Shown here: positions 27,637-37,221 of the stretch, piece after piece
Layout: the number at the start of each line of letters is the position of its first letter
How positions within the stretch are numbered: position 1 is the stretch's first letter
Source of the DNA: an uncultured Eubacteriales bacterium
GTDB taxonomy: Bacteria > Bacillota_I > Bacilli_A > RF39 > UBA660
Assembly: GCA_905211265.1 (NCBI GenBank)
Contig: CAJMAC010000007.1
Span: forward strand, 905-64,904
DNA length: 64,000 nt
Direction: 5' to 3'
Position numbers and translations under genes: made by a program
Notes under the pieces: generated by a model
Database searches by the model: none
The model's input: only the letters and a program-made list of their open reading frames with translations
What the model was told of the DNA's origin: nothing

Positions 27637-28815
27637 ATGAAAATAAGTAATGTAATAGTAGAACAAATTCTTAATTCAACAGTTGTTGAAGATTATGCAG
27701 AAATATTAACTCCAACTGAAATGAAAGAAATAGTATGTGAATCATTTAAAGATTCAAGAGTAAGTTCAGATGGTTATATTTATGGTTCTTACACGGGAAC
27801 AAAATATTGTATATTATGCAAAAATATAAGTTATTTAGGAAATCCACATCCAATATATAAAAAACGCATTCAAATACCAGATGGTTTTATAACTTTATAT
27901 AATGAAAATATAAAAAAAGGTATAACAACGTTATTGATAGGAGTTTATAAATATAAAGATACTATATTATTTTGTGATTTTGATACTTCTAAATATATTA
28001 ACAATAAATCACATAATTCTTCAGCGCATATATATACGATAGATTTATTAAACGGTGTTAGAAATGGCATTTTTAAGAAGAAAGATTATAGAAATAACAT
28101 AATAACTGTTTTTGATGAAAACAATGTTAATAAGTTTCTTGAAATGAAATTAAATGTATCATCAACTACAGGAGTAGAAGTTTTTGATACATTAGATGAG
28201 TTTTTTGCATCTATGTTTAAAGAATGGGTTGGAATTGAATGTTATATGGAAATGATTGAAAATGGTTTTAATAACAAATTTCAACCAGAATGGCCTGGCT
28301 TTTACTTGGAATATAAATTAGAAAAGTATTTAGAGGAAAATCATAAAACAGATATTATTAGATATTGTCAAAATAAAAAGAATGGTGATGTTGATTTAGA
28401 TTTATATTTCCCAAAATTAGGGATGTATGGTGATTTAAAAACACATAGTTTAAATAGTAATGCTATTCAAGGTAATGATTACAATACAATAATGGATTTA
28501 ATAGAAAAACAAAGTGTATATTATATTGTTTGTAGTCATGAAACAGAAAAAGATAAAAACCATGGTTTTGTTGTGACAGAATTTTGGAATAGGGCTCAAA
28601 ATAAAACAGATTTACATAGTTATGGAAACAAAATGAAATATAGTGTAAAAATAACAAAGTATTATATATTGGAAATAAATAAATATAATAAAAAATATTT
28701 AGAAATATTTAAACAAGGAAAAAATAGTGATGGCAAATCTAGAGAACCAAAGATAATGATACCAGATAAATATATAGAAAATTTTCTTGTACATATTGTA
28801 GAATTTGATGATTAA
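27637..28815 (+). CDS. Putative type II restriction endonuclease
   Basis: Lies between the C protein and the C5-methyltransferase genes. Candidate PD-DxK core (DVDLDLYF...YGDLKTH). No family assignment possible by eye. Confidence 0.55.
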   Translation: MKISNVIVEQILNSTVVEDYAEILTPTEMKEIVCESFKDSRVSSDGYIYGSYTGTKYCILCKNISYLGNPHPIYKKRIQIPDGFITLYNENIKKGITTLLIGVYKYKDTILFCDFDTSKYINNKSHNSSAHIYTIDLLNGVRNGIFKKKDYRNNIITVFDENNVNKFLEMKLNVSSTTGVEVFDTLDEFFASMFKEWVGIECYMEMIENGFNNKFQPEWPGFYLEYKLEKYLEENHKTDIIRYCQNKKNGDVDLDLYFPKLGMYGDLKTHSLNSNAIQGNDYNTIMDLIEKQSVYYIVCSHETEKDKNHGFVVTEFWNRAQNKTDLHSYGNKMKYSVKITKYYILEINKYNKKYLEIFKQGKNSDGKSREPKIMIPDKYIENFLVHIVEFDD

Positions 28816-28883
28816 AATGAGTGAAAAGGGTAACTTTTTGAAGAAAAATTTGTTAAAATAAATATAATGTCAGGAGGAAAAAA

Positions 28884-30056
28884 GTGAAAAAGTTTAAATT
28901 TATAGATTTGTTTTCAGGAATTGGTGGATTTCATCAAGCAATGGAAAATTTAGGTGGCGAATGTGTTTTTGCTTCCGATATAGATAAATATGCAATAGAA
29001 ACTTATAAAGAAAATTATGGTATTGATTCAGATATAAATGTAAGAGATATTAAGGAAGAAGATATTCCTAAACATGATGTTTTATGTGCTGGTTTTCCCT
29101 GTCAAACATTTTCAAAAGCTGGAAAAAGAATGGGGTTTCAAGATGAAACAAAAGGAACACTTTTCTTTGAAATTGAAAGAATCTTAAAATACCATAAAAC
29201 AAAATATATAATTTTAGAGAATGTTAGAAATTTGGTATCCCATGATCATGGAAATACATGGAAAACTATTTATACACATTTGAAAGAATTAGGTTATAGA
29301 TTAACACCAAGACCGTTAATATTAAGTCCTCATCAGTTAGGTGTTCCACAATTAAGAGAAAGAGTTGTAATTTTAGGAATATATGATCCTAAAAATAGTG
29401 ATAAAGATTTGGCCTTTAATTTTAATGCTTTAGAAAAACTTAAAACTAAAGAAGATAACAATATATATGATATTATTGAAACAGGAAAAGTTGAAGAAAA
29501 ATATTATATAACTGAAAGAGAAAAATACATTTTAACAGCATGGGATAATTTTTATAAAGGAATAAAAGAAAAGGTGTTAGGGTTCCCTGTTTGGTTTGAA
29601 TATTTTAAAAAGAAACCAACTGATGATATGCCTAATTGGAAAAAGGAATTTATTGAAAAAAATAATAAGTTATATAAAAATAACAAAGAATTTATAGATA
29701 AGTGGTCTAAGGAATATAACAATTTAAAAGATTTTACTCCAACTCAAAGAAAATTTGAATGGCAAGCTGGAGATTCTATTGAGTCATTATGGGACGGATT
29801 AATCCAATTTAGACCATCTGGAATAAGAGTTAAGAAACCAACATGTTTTCCAGCTTTAGTTGCACTTGTTCAGATTCCAATAATAGGAAAGTATCAAAGA
29901 AGATTGACTGTAAGAGAAGCAGCAAGATTGCAAAGTTTTCCGGATAACTTTAAACCAAATAATAATGCTCAACAAGCATATAAGCAGTTTGGAAATGCTG
30001 TAAACGTAAAAGTAATTCAATTGGCAGCAGAAGAATTGTTTAATTACGAAGGGTAG
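28884..30056 (+). CDS. DNA (cytosine-5) methyltransferase
   Basis: GTG start. Motif I FIDLFSGIGGF, motif IV GFPCQTFS, motif VI ENV, motif VIII QLRERV, motif IX RRLTVREAARLQSFPD, motif X GNAVNV. Confidence 0.9.
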   Translation: MKKFKFIDLFSGIGGFHQAMENLGGECVFASDIDKYAIETYKENYGIDSDINVRDIKEEDIPKHDVLCAGFPCQTFSKAGKRMGFQDETKGTLFFEIERILKYHKTKYIILENVRNLVSHDHGNTWKTIYTHLKELGYRLTPRPLILSPHQLGVPQLRERVVILGIYDPKNSDKDLAFNFNALEKLKTKEDNNIYDIIETGKVEEKYYITEREKYILTAWDNFYKGIKEKVLGFPVWFEYFKKKPTDDMPNWKKEFIEKNNKLYKNNKEFIDKWSKEYNNLKDFTPTQRKFEWQAGDSIESLWDGLIQFRPSGIRVKKPTCFPALVALVQIPIIGKYQRRLTVREAARLQSFPDNFKPNNNAQQAYKQFGNAVNVKVIQLAAEELFNYEG

Positions 30057-30070
30057 TTCCTTCTTTTTTT
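30048..30070 (+). terminator. Terminator of the methyltransferase gene
   Basis: GAAGG-gtagtt-CCTTC followed by T7. The stop codon lies in the loop. Confidence 0.6.
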
Positions 30071-30077
30071 GTTCATA

Positions 30078-30108
30078 TTTTTGTAATATATTCAAAATAT
30101 TACAAAAA
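30078..30108. promoter_or_regulatory. Perfect 12/12 palindromic operator
   Basis: TTTTTGTAATAT (30078-30089), 7-nt centre, ATATTACAAAAA (30097-30108). It abuts the -35 box. Confidence 0.6.
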
Positions 30109-30112
30109 TATA

Positions 30113-30140
30113 TTGACAATATGTTCAAAATGTGTATAAT
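30113..30140 (+). promoter_or_regulatory. Near-consensus sigma-A promoter of the GHKL operon
   Basis: TTGACA (30113-30118), 16-nt spacer ending in TGTG, TATAAT (30135-30140). Confidence 0.7.
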
Positions 30141-30165
30141 ATGTGGTGAATGAGGGGTGACTGTC

Positions 30166-30381
30166 ATGGAACAGAAAAAAGCAAAATTTAGAGAATTAGC
30201 TGAAAAAAGAGTTAGCAATGCTTTAAAGCAAATTCAATTAATTGGTAATCTTTCTAACACAAGAGTATATGAATATGATGAGGAAGACATTAAGAAAATA
30301 TTTAAAACATTAAAAGAGGAAATTGGTTTGTCTGAAGCAAAATTCAAATCAAAAGGTAGAGATAGAAATTTTAAGTTTTAG
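30166..30381 (+). CDS. Small charged helical protein (71 aa), first gene of the GHKL operon
   Basis: Track start is GTG 30157. GAGGGG precedes the ATG at 30166. No motif. Confidence 0.55.
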   Translation: MEQKKAKFRELAEKRVSNALKQIQLIGNLSNTRVYEYDEEDIKKIFKTLKEEIGLSEAKFKSKGRDRNFKF

Positions 30382-30386
30382 AGGGA

Positions 30387-32645
30387 GTGATATTGATGTT
30401 GAAGAAATTATTTAATGCAAATAGCGTTAAGGATATTAATGAATTGATTAAACTATTAGAAAGTAAGTATGATACAGAATGGATTCCAGTAGGTAATAAT
30501 GAATCAAATCATTCAACTTTTCAAATGCTTGAAAGAGGCGAGAATGGAATTATAGAAAGGTTAACTAATGCAATAGATGCAGTTATTGAAAAAGAGTATT
30601 TTTTAAATCCTGATGAAAATTTAAATAGTCCAAGAAAATCATCAGAAAAATACTTTGGTATAAAAGAAGGTAATTTGGCTAACTACAATATTAAAGATAT
30701 TAAGAAAGAACTTAAAGATTTAGTAAAATTAAACGTTTTAGAATCAAATAAAAAAGGAAGACCCACTATAGAGATTAGAGATTATGGGATCGGATTATCT
30801 TCAGAAGAATTTGGTAAAACTATTTTAAGTTTACAAGGTGGAAACAAATTGAAAAAATTTTATTTAGCAGGAACATTTGGTCAAGGAGGATCAACTGCAA
30901 ATATTTTTTCTAAACACACATTATTTATCTCAAAGCCAATTCCAGAAAAGAATAATTCTAATAAAATTTCATTTACGATTACAAAAGAATTTAACGATTT
31001 AGATTATAAAACTCCAATTCATAAATATTTAGTATTAAAGAGTACTAAATGTCCTATAACTGTTGAAGATTGTAATAATGAATTTGAACCAGGTACACTT
31101 GTTAGACATATAGAAATGAATATTAATCAATATGGTAGAAGTAGTGCAAAAGCGCCAGGAGATAATAGTATTTATCATTTTGTTAATAAAAAACTATTTA
31201 ATCCAATTTTACCTATTAAAATAACAGAAAATAGATTAGAAGTTGATAGAACTAATATAGAAAGAAATAATAATACTATTGTTGCATTAGGATGTAATTC
31301 TAGATTAAATGATAATAGTAATGTTAAATATAGTGATAAATTGATTACTGAATATATATTCGGTGGAACGATAACAATTAATTATTGGATAATAAATGAT
31401 AGAAATTCATATAAAAACTATAATGATAAATCAACGCCTGTTTTATATACTATAAACGGACAGGTAGAAGGATATGAAACGGCCAATTTTTTTGAAAAAA
31501 TTGGTAAACCTTATTTATTAAATCATTTAATTGTAAATGTTGATTGTGACGGTATGGATGATAGAATTAAAGCAAGATTATTTACATCAGATAGAACTAA
31601 ATTTCAAGATAATGATTATACTGACACATTAAGAAAAAAAGTTATTAATATTCTAATCGAAGATATGAAATTAGTAGAGTTTAATAGATTCTTTAAAGAA
31701 CAAATGTTAAGTGAATCATCTGAGAATATTAGTGATGAGTTAAATAAAAAAATAGAGAATAAATTAAAGGTATTTTTAAATACAGGTGGAATTGGTAAAG
31801 TTTCTAAGGAGATTCCAACTCCAAAACCACCAAGACCAACCACATCAGAACCTTTTGAAAAACCTGAATTATTTGATTTTCCTACATTCCTTGATATTTC
31901 TAATCAAGAGCAATATGAGTTACCAATAAATAAAGATTTAGTATTAAATTATATTTCAGATGCTGACCATGAAAAATATTCAATGGAAGATAATTTGAAT
32001 TTTATAATTGAAAAAGAAAATATGCTAATATTTGATGGATTTAAATTTTATAAAAACGGGCATGGAATAATTAATTATAAATTGGCTCCAGAAGTAAAAG
32101 TTGGTGACGAAATATTCTTTAAATTATTTATAAAAGGATTTGATGATGATTCAAATTTATCATCTTCAATTATGATTAAAATTGTAGATAAAGAGAAAGA
32201 CGATCAACAAAATACAGAACAAACTAAACAACCACCAAAAATAAATACAAGATCTGTTTTTAAAACAAGCCAAGAATTTGATGAATTATTTGGTGAAGAT
32301 GAAGAATTGCCAAGTGTATTAAGAGACTCGGATGAATCTATTGATATATTTATTAATATGGAAAACAAATCATTAAGAAAACTACAAGAAAATACTACGA
32401 AAGGTAGCAATGATAATGATTCTGTTAAAATATTAAATAATGAATATATAAAACAGATTGCTTACTATAGTTTAATTTTACATATAAATGAATCTAAAAA
32501 ATCTGATGATGAAAAAATGAATGATAAATCAAAATCAGAAGAATTAAAAAGAGTAGCTATATTAATTACTGGTATGATTAATGATAATCTTTCAATTTAT
32601 ATAACAGAAAGTGGGAATAATAATGGAATTGAAGAATCTAATTAG
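30387..32645 (+). CDS. GHKL (Bergerat-fold) ATPase with large uncharacterised C-terminal region
   Basis: N box ERLTNAIDA, G1 IRDYGIGLS and G2 GTFGQGGST all fall within the first ~180 aa. There is no DHp/H-box. A PTPKPPRPTTSEP linker is followed by ~270 aa of unknown sequence. An alternative ATG is at 30396. Confidence 0.7.
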   Translation: MILMLKKLFNANSVKDINELIKLLESKYDTEWIPVGNNESNHSTFQMLERGENGIIERLTNAIDAVIEKEYFLNPDENLNSPRKSSEKYFGIKEGNLANYNIKDIKKELKDLVKLNVLESNKKGRPTIEIRDYGIGLSSEEFGKTILSLQGGNKLKKFYLAGTFGQGGSTANIFSKHTLFISKPIPEKNNSNKISFTITKEFNDLDYKTPIHKYLVLKSTKCPITVEDCNNEFEPGTLVRHIEMNINQYGRSSAKAPGDNSIYHFVNKKLFNPILPIKITENRLEVDRTNIERNNNTIVALGCNSRLNDNSNVKYSDKLITEYIFGGTITINYWIINDRNSYKNYNDKSTPVLYTINGQVEGYETANFFEKIGKPYLLNHLIVNVDCDGMDDRIKARLFTSDRTKFQDNDYTDTLRKKVINILIEDMKLVEFNRFFKEQMLSESSENISDELNKKIENKLKVFLNTGGIGKVSKEIPTPKPPRPTTSEPFEKPELFDFPTFLDISNQEQYELPINKDLVLNYISDADHEKYSMEDNLNFIIEKENMLIFDGFKFYKNGHGIINYKLAPEVKVGDEIFFKLFIKGFDDDSNLSSSIMIKIVDKEKDDQQNTEQTKQPPKINTRSVFKTSQEFDELFGEDEELPSVLRDSDESIDIFINMENKSLRKLQENTTKGSNDNDSVKILNNEYIKQIAYYSLILHINESKKSDDEKMNDKSKSEELKRVAILITGMINDNLSIYITESGNNNGIEESN

Positions 32646-33912
32646 TAATATGAATGGTGGAAATATTACTCTTGATGATGGTGTAATAAAAATCGATTCA
32701 ATTATTACTGAAGGAAAATATAATATACTTATTTCATTTTTAAATGAAAAAAATATATTTACAACAAATGATTTAAAAAAAATGAATGTTAATGATTATA
32801 ATAAATTGAAGATGGAAATACCAAATATTGATGGCGTGGGCGAAGAAAGAACCAAGTTGTTTATAAAGAAATTAGATAATGTTAGAAAAAACAAACATGA
32901 AATAAAAGCAAAAACACCAAATAAAAATGATTCTGAATATCCTATTGTAGAATTACTTGGAAAATTTAAAACTACTGTCAATTGGTCAGTAGAAATAAAT
33001 CATATATTATATAATAAATACGATGAGTATGTAGATATAAGACAAGTAAAAAATGATGGTACAAGAGGGAAAGGAATTTCTATAAAAAGACAAGATTTTG
33101 ATAAATTTAAAGAAATTATTTCTTCTATTAATTTGGATATTATAAAAGATAAAATAGTACCTTTAGAAAGTTTAGAATTAGAATCAGGTGATAAGAATGT
33201 TGAATCTACCAATACTTTGAACTTGGAAAAAATATTTTTTGAGAGCAATGAAAAAAAATCTTTAAAAGAACAGATATTAGAAAATGAAGACAGGTTATAT
33301 AAAGTGTTTAAAGATGATTTTGGGTTAGCAATAAAATTTTTTAAAGCAAAAATTGAAAGCCTTAGGGAAGATGGAGATATTGTAAAGTTTTTAGAAAATC
33401 CATCTATTCTTGATATAAAAAAAGAACAATTTGATAAGACACATATCAAAGGTATGAAAACCGCTATTGATATAAAAAATGATTTTGATAAAAGTGATTT
33501 GAAATATACAACAATAGATAGTTTGAATTTAAATGAAAGTGTTAATACAATGACTATTTGTAGTATAGCAAATAATTTTAATGTCATGTTAGGAATGTAT
33601 TATGATGACATAACTAAATCTTTAATATTGAAATGTCAAATTAAAGATGGAACTTATGAAGATAAATGGATTAAACCAAATAAAAAACTATATTATTGTT
33701 TACAAAATGAAACAGATGAAAATTTTTCAAGACTTAGTTTTTCTAAATATCCAAATACAGTCTGTAAGAATATATTATTTGGCTATGATCTAGAAACAAA
33801 AGTATATTTATTTTATAGATATAATAAAAATGATGACTATATATATGCTGGTGAAGTTAAATTAGAAAAATTTGTAAATGGTAATAAAGCAATTATAGTC
33901 AATATCGGATAA
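32623..33912 (+). CDS. HhH + PC4/YdbC-like ssDNA-binding domain protein
   Basis: Track start is GTG 32611. The ATG at 32623 overlaps the end of the GHKL gene. IPNIDGVGEERTKLFIKKL is an HhH motif. YVDIRQVKNDGTRGKGISIKRQDFDKFKEIISSI matches the PC4 signature. The C-terminal ~230 aa are unknown. Confidence 0.6.
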   Translation: MELKNLISNMNGGNITLDDGVIKIDSIITEGKYNILISFLNEKNIFTTNDLKKMNVNDYNKLKMEIPNIDGVGEERTKLFIKKLDNVRKNKHEIKAKTPNKNDSEYPIVELLGKFKTTVNWSVEINHILYNKYDEYVDIRQVKNDGTRGKGISIKRQDFDKFKEIISSINLDIIKDKIVPLESLELESGDKNVESTNTLNLEKIFFESNEKKSLKEQILENEDRLYKVFKDDFGLAIKFFKAKIESLREDGDIVKFLENPSILDIKKEQFDKTHIKGMKTAIDIKNDFDKSDLKYTTIDSLNLNESVNTMTICSIANNFNVMLGMYYDDITKSLILKCQIKDGTYEDKWIKPNKKLYYCLQNETDENFSRLSFSKYPNTVCKNILFGYDLETKVYLFYRYNKNDDYIYAGEVKLEKFVNGNKAIIVNIG

Positions 33913-34026
33913 CGAACACATTTATATAATGTCATAACGTCATTTTGCTAAGTATTAATGAAGAAAACAAACTATAATACAAATAATACGAGTTTATGCT
34001 CTTTTTGGGTTTTGGGAGGTGATATT

Positions 34027-37000
34027 TTGTATTATATTAATGATAAAGTAAAAGAAAAATTTAATAATGATGATTATTTTGACGGAAAAGAATATGTAAG
34101 AAAAATAAAAGAAGCGATTAAAACAAAAGATATTAAATCTATTGGTGTTTATGGCAAATGGGGAATAGGAAAAACATCAATAATCAAAAATGCTATTTCT
34201 GAATTAATTGAGGAAGGAGAATACGCAGAAAATCAAATAGTTGAATACAATGCATGGAAATATAACGAATACGATTTTATGAGAGATTTTTTAATAGTTT
34301 GCTCTAATAAAATTGAAGGAGAAAAAACTGCTAAAGAACGTGAAGAAAGTTATTATAGCGATAGTTCTGAAGATAGACAATTGTATGTGATGTTATGGAA
34401 AAAACTGGGAACATTTATAAAGAAAAGTTGGCGTGTTCTTTTGTTTCTTACAATTACATATATTGTTTCAGTAATAGTAATACTTTATATAAATTATTTA
34501 AAACCAACATTGTTTGATTGTGCTGATTTATTGATACCTTTAACTCTAACTTTAATTAGTTTTATTTTACCACTATTCTTAGTTTCCGAAATAACTCACA
34601 AGTCAATAAGTAAAAAGTTTTCTCCAGAACAATTTGCAAGAGATTTTGAGGATATAGTAAAAAATAAAAAAGTATTAATTTTTATTGATGATATTGATAG
34701 ATGTAGTTATGAAGAAATAAAATCTACTTTTGATACACTAAAAACATTTATTTTAGATGAGAGTTATAATGTTAAGTTTATTATACCGGTAGATCCAAAC
34801 ATTTTATTTAATTCATTGGAAGAACAAACATACGATTATTTTTCTAAAATTATTGATTTTCCTATAGAAATAAAGAATTATACCAAAGTAAAATTTGAAC
34901 CTTTAAAAGAAGAAATATTAAAAGAAGTAAATAATGATTATAAAGAAATAGTTAGTGATGGTTTATATTTAGCATCCAAATTCTACATTGATACACCTAG
35001 AAAAATGAAAAAATTTGCAAATGAATTTGTTAATGAAATATATAATCATTCTCCTAAAGAAATATATGATAAAGGATATATGTTTGCTAAATTGATAATT
35101 TTAAAGAATGAATTTCCAAATTATTATTATAATTTAATTAGGAACTATAATACAGTTATTGAAATAACAAAAGATGAAATAACAAACTATAAATCTAAAG
35201 ATTATACTGAATCAAAGAAACAAAAAAAAGGTGTTGTATTTAGTATGAGATTGCTGGACTTCTTATCAAAAACGGACAGTGTTGATTTATATAATTTCCC
35301 AATGTATGAAAATAAAATTTCATATTCAGAATATAAAATCAAAGCTATATGTGAGGATCCGTTTGTTAAAAATAAATTTGATGATAGAGTAAAAATAGAT
35401 TTAAAAGAAAATATAGTGTATTTAGATTATGAATTTTCTGAAAATATTATTAAACCTATAATAAATAATAAATTTTTATACAGTGATCCATTAAAAAGAG
35501 TCTGCTTTCTTTTCGTCGAATTTAAAAGACAAGAAAATAGTGAAATTTTCAATAAATATTTTGAAGAAATTATTGATAATTTCGAATCATTAAAACAAGA
35601 TTGTAATTTGTTTGTTTCAGAAAAGATAAATGAAGAAAATATTTCACATTTAAATTTAAAATATATATTTGAATGTGTAGAAGATTATATCGATTTATTG
35701 AAAGAACACAATAAGAATTTATTAAAGGATAATCTTTTAATAAAGATACTTCAACTTATACAAAATAATATAGATGGGAGTTTTCAATATGTTGAAGATG
35801 AATTATTAATATTTATTCAAAAATTTAAAGAATTAAAAAATGTTGATGACCCAAATATGATTAAAATAATTGATAAATTATTATCTAATAATTTTGAAAA
35901 ATACTATAAAGAATTAGATTGGTATTTAAAGTTTAGTTCATCTGCAGGTAAAACATGCTTTGTAGGAAATATAATAAAACTAATAGAAAATAATATAGAA
36001 TTAGACGAAGAGTTAATAGAAAAATATTTAGATAATAGATATTTTTCTATAAATACAAACAACTATTTTGATAATGTATCAAATAATATTGCTGATATAT
36101 TAGAGAAACCGAGCATCTATAAATGTATATTGTCACCATTATATAACAATTTAAACAGCAAAGATATTTCTTTTGAAAAACTAGAAAATGTAATTAATAA
36201 TACTAAATATATATCTAATAATGAGGATATTAATAAACTAATTTTAAGAATAGTATTAGAAATGAAAAAATCTATTGGCTTTGATGAAACCAAATATAAA
36301 TTAATTTTAACAAACATTGGTACAGAATATGAAAAAAGCGAATCTATTAGTAATCCATTTAAAGAATTTCTCGAAGAGTGTAACGATGACGATAGATACA
36401 TTCTTCTTGGTTATAATGAAGAAACTAAAATATTTAATAACTTTAAGGTGTTAAAAAATTATAAATTATCATTTGTTAATAAAGATTCATTGTTGTTCAA
36501 TATATTGTGTAATTCATACTGCAAATTTGAAGATTTTGTTGTAAAAACAGACTTAGAAAGACATGGCTTAAAATTATCAAGTCTAAAAAATGAAATAAAA
36601 AATATAATAAAAGAAAATATTGACAATACAATTTACCTTATTAACGATTTTAGTGAAGAAGAAATTAATGATATTGATTTTCAACTTTTAAATATAAATG
36701 AAATAAAGTTAGAATATATAGAAAATAAATATTTATTAACCAAAATTGTAAATCAATTAAAGATGAATGTTGACAATAATATAAGAAATATTAAATCAAA
36801 TAAAGAAAATAAAGAATTAATAAAAGAAGAAGTGGATAAATTATTGCTAAATGCAAATAAATTATATGCAGAAATAAAATATAGCGATAAAACTTTATGG
36901 ACAAAACTAAAAATAATAAATGAGTATCTGGCATTAAATGAATTAATTGATACTTATTATATTCCAAAATTAAAAGAATATCCCAATTTAATTAAATTAT

Positions 37001-37089
37001 TTAGTGAAGGAAGATATAAAGATAATTATATGAAAGATAATATATTTGCAGATAAAATATTAATAGGTATTGGCATAAAAAATGAGTAA
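34027..37089 (+). CDS. KAP-family P-loop NTPase with membrane insert
   Basis: Track start is 33958. GGAGG lies 7 nt before TTG 34027. Walker A GVYGKWGIGKTS. Two TM helices (VLLFLTITYIVSVIVILYI, LIPLTLTLISFILPLFLV) are inserted before Walker B VLIFIDDIDRC, the KAP hallmark. Long helical C-terminus. Confidence 0.8.
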   Translation: MYYINDKVKEKFNNDDYFDGKEYVRKIKEAIKTKDIKSIGVYGKWGIGKTSIIKNAISELIEEGEYAENQIVEYNAWKYNEYDFMRDFLIVCSNKIEGEKTAKEREESYYSDSSEDRQLYVMLWKKLGTFIKKSWRVLLFLTITYIVSVIVILYINYLKPTLFDCADLLIPLTLTLISFILPLFLVSEITHKSISKKFSPEQFARDFEDIVKNKKVLIFIDDIDRCSYEEIKSTFDTLKTFILDESYNVKFIIPVDPNILFNSLEEQTYDYFSKIIDFPIEIKNYTKVKFEPLKEEILKEVNNDYKEIVSDGLYLASKFYIDTPRKMKKFANEFVNEIYNHSPKEIYDKGYMFAKLIILKNEFPNYYYNLIRNYNTVIEITKDEITNYKSKDYTESKKQKKGVVFSMRLLDFLSKTDSVDLYNFPMYENKISYSEYKIKAICEDPFVKNKFDDRVKIDLKENIVYLDYEFSENIIKPIINNKFLYSDPLKRVCFLFVEFKRQENSEIFNKYFEEIIDNFESLKQDCNLFVSEKINEENISHLNLKYIFECVEDYIDLLKEHNKNLLKDNLLIKILQLIQNNIDGSFQYVEDELLIFIQKFKELKNVDDPNMIKIIDKLLSNNFEKYYKELDWYLKFSSSAGKTCFVGNIIKLIENNIELDEELIEKYLDNRYFSINTNNYFDNVSNNIADILEKPSIYKCILSPLYNNLNSKDISFEKLENVINNTKYISNNEDINKLILRIVLEMKKSIGFDETKYKLILTNIGTEYEKSESISNPFKEFLEECNDDDRYILLGYNEETKIFNNFKVLKNYKLSFVNKDSLLFNILCNSYCKFEDFVVKTDLERHGLKLSSLKNEIKNIIKENIDNTIYLINDFSEEEINDIDFQLLNINEIKLEYIENKYLLTKIVNQLKMNVDNNIRNIKSNKENKELIKEEVDKLLLNANKLYAEIKYSDKTLWTKLKIINEYLALNELIDTYYIPKLKEYPNLIKLFSEGRYKDNYMKDNIFADKILIGIGIKNE

Positions 37090-37102
37090 CTGATAAATTT
37101 TC

Positions 37103-37121
37103 ACCCATCAGCTACCCATCA
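37103..37121 (+). repeat. Tandem direct repeats ACCCATCA x2 (possible arm-type sites of island 2)
   Basis: Copies at 37103-37110 and 37114-37121, about 100-120 nt left of the core at 37222. The position mirrors the AGGTACCCA pair of island 1. Confidence 0.4.
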
Positions 37122-37191
37122 AATTAATATAAATTTATCAATTTTTGATTAAATTTTATTAAACTCTATATGAGTTATATGTCGATATTAC

Positions 37192-37218
37192 GGGGATTTT
37201 AAACAATCCTCTTTTTTT
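37192..37218 (+). terminator. Terminator after the KAP gene
   Basis: GGGGATT-ttaaac-AATCCTC followed by T7. Confidence 0.6.
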
Positions 37219-37221
37219 AAG

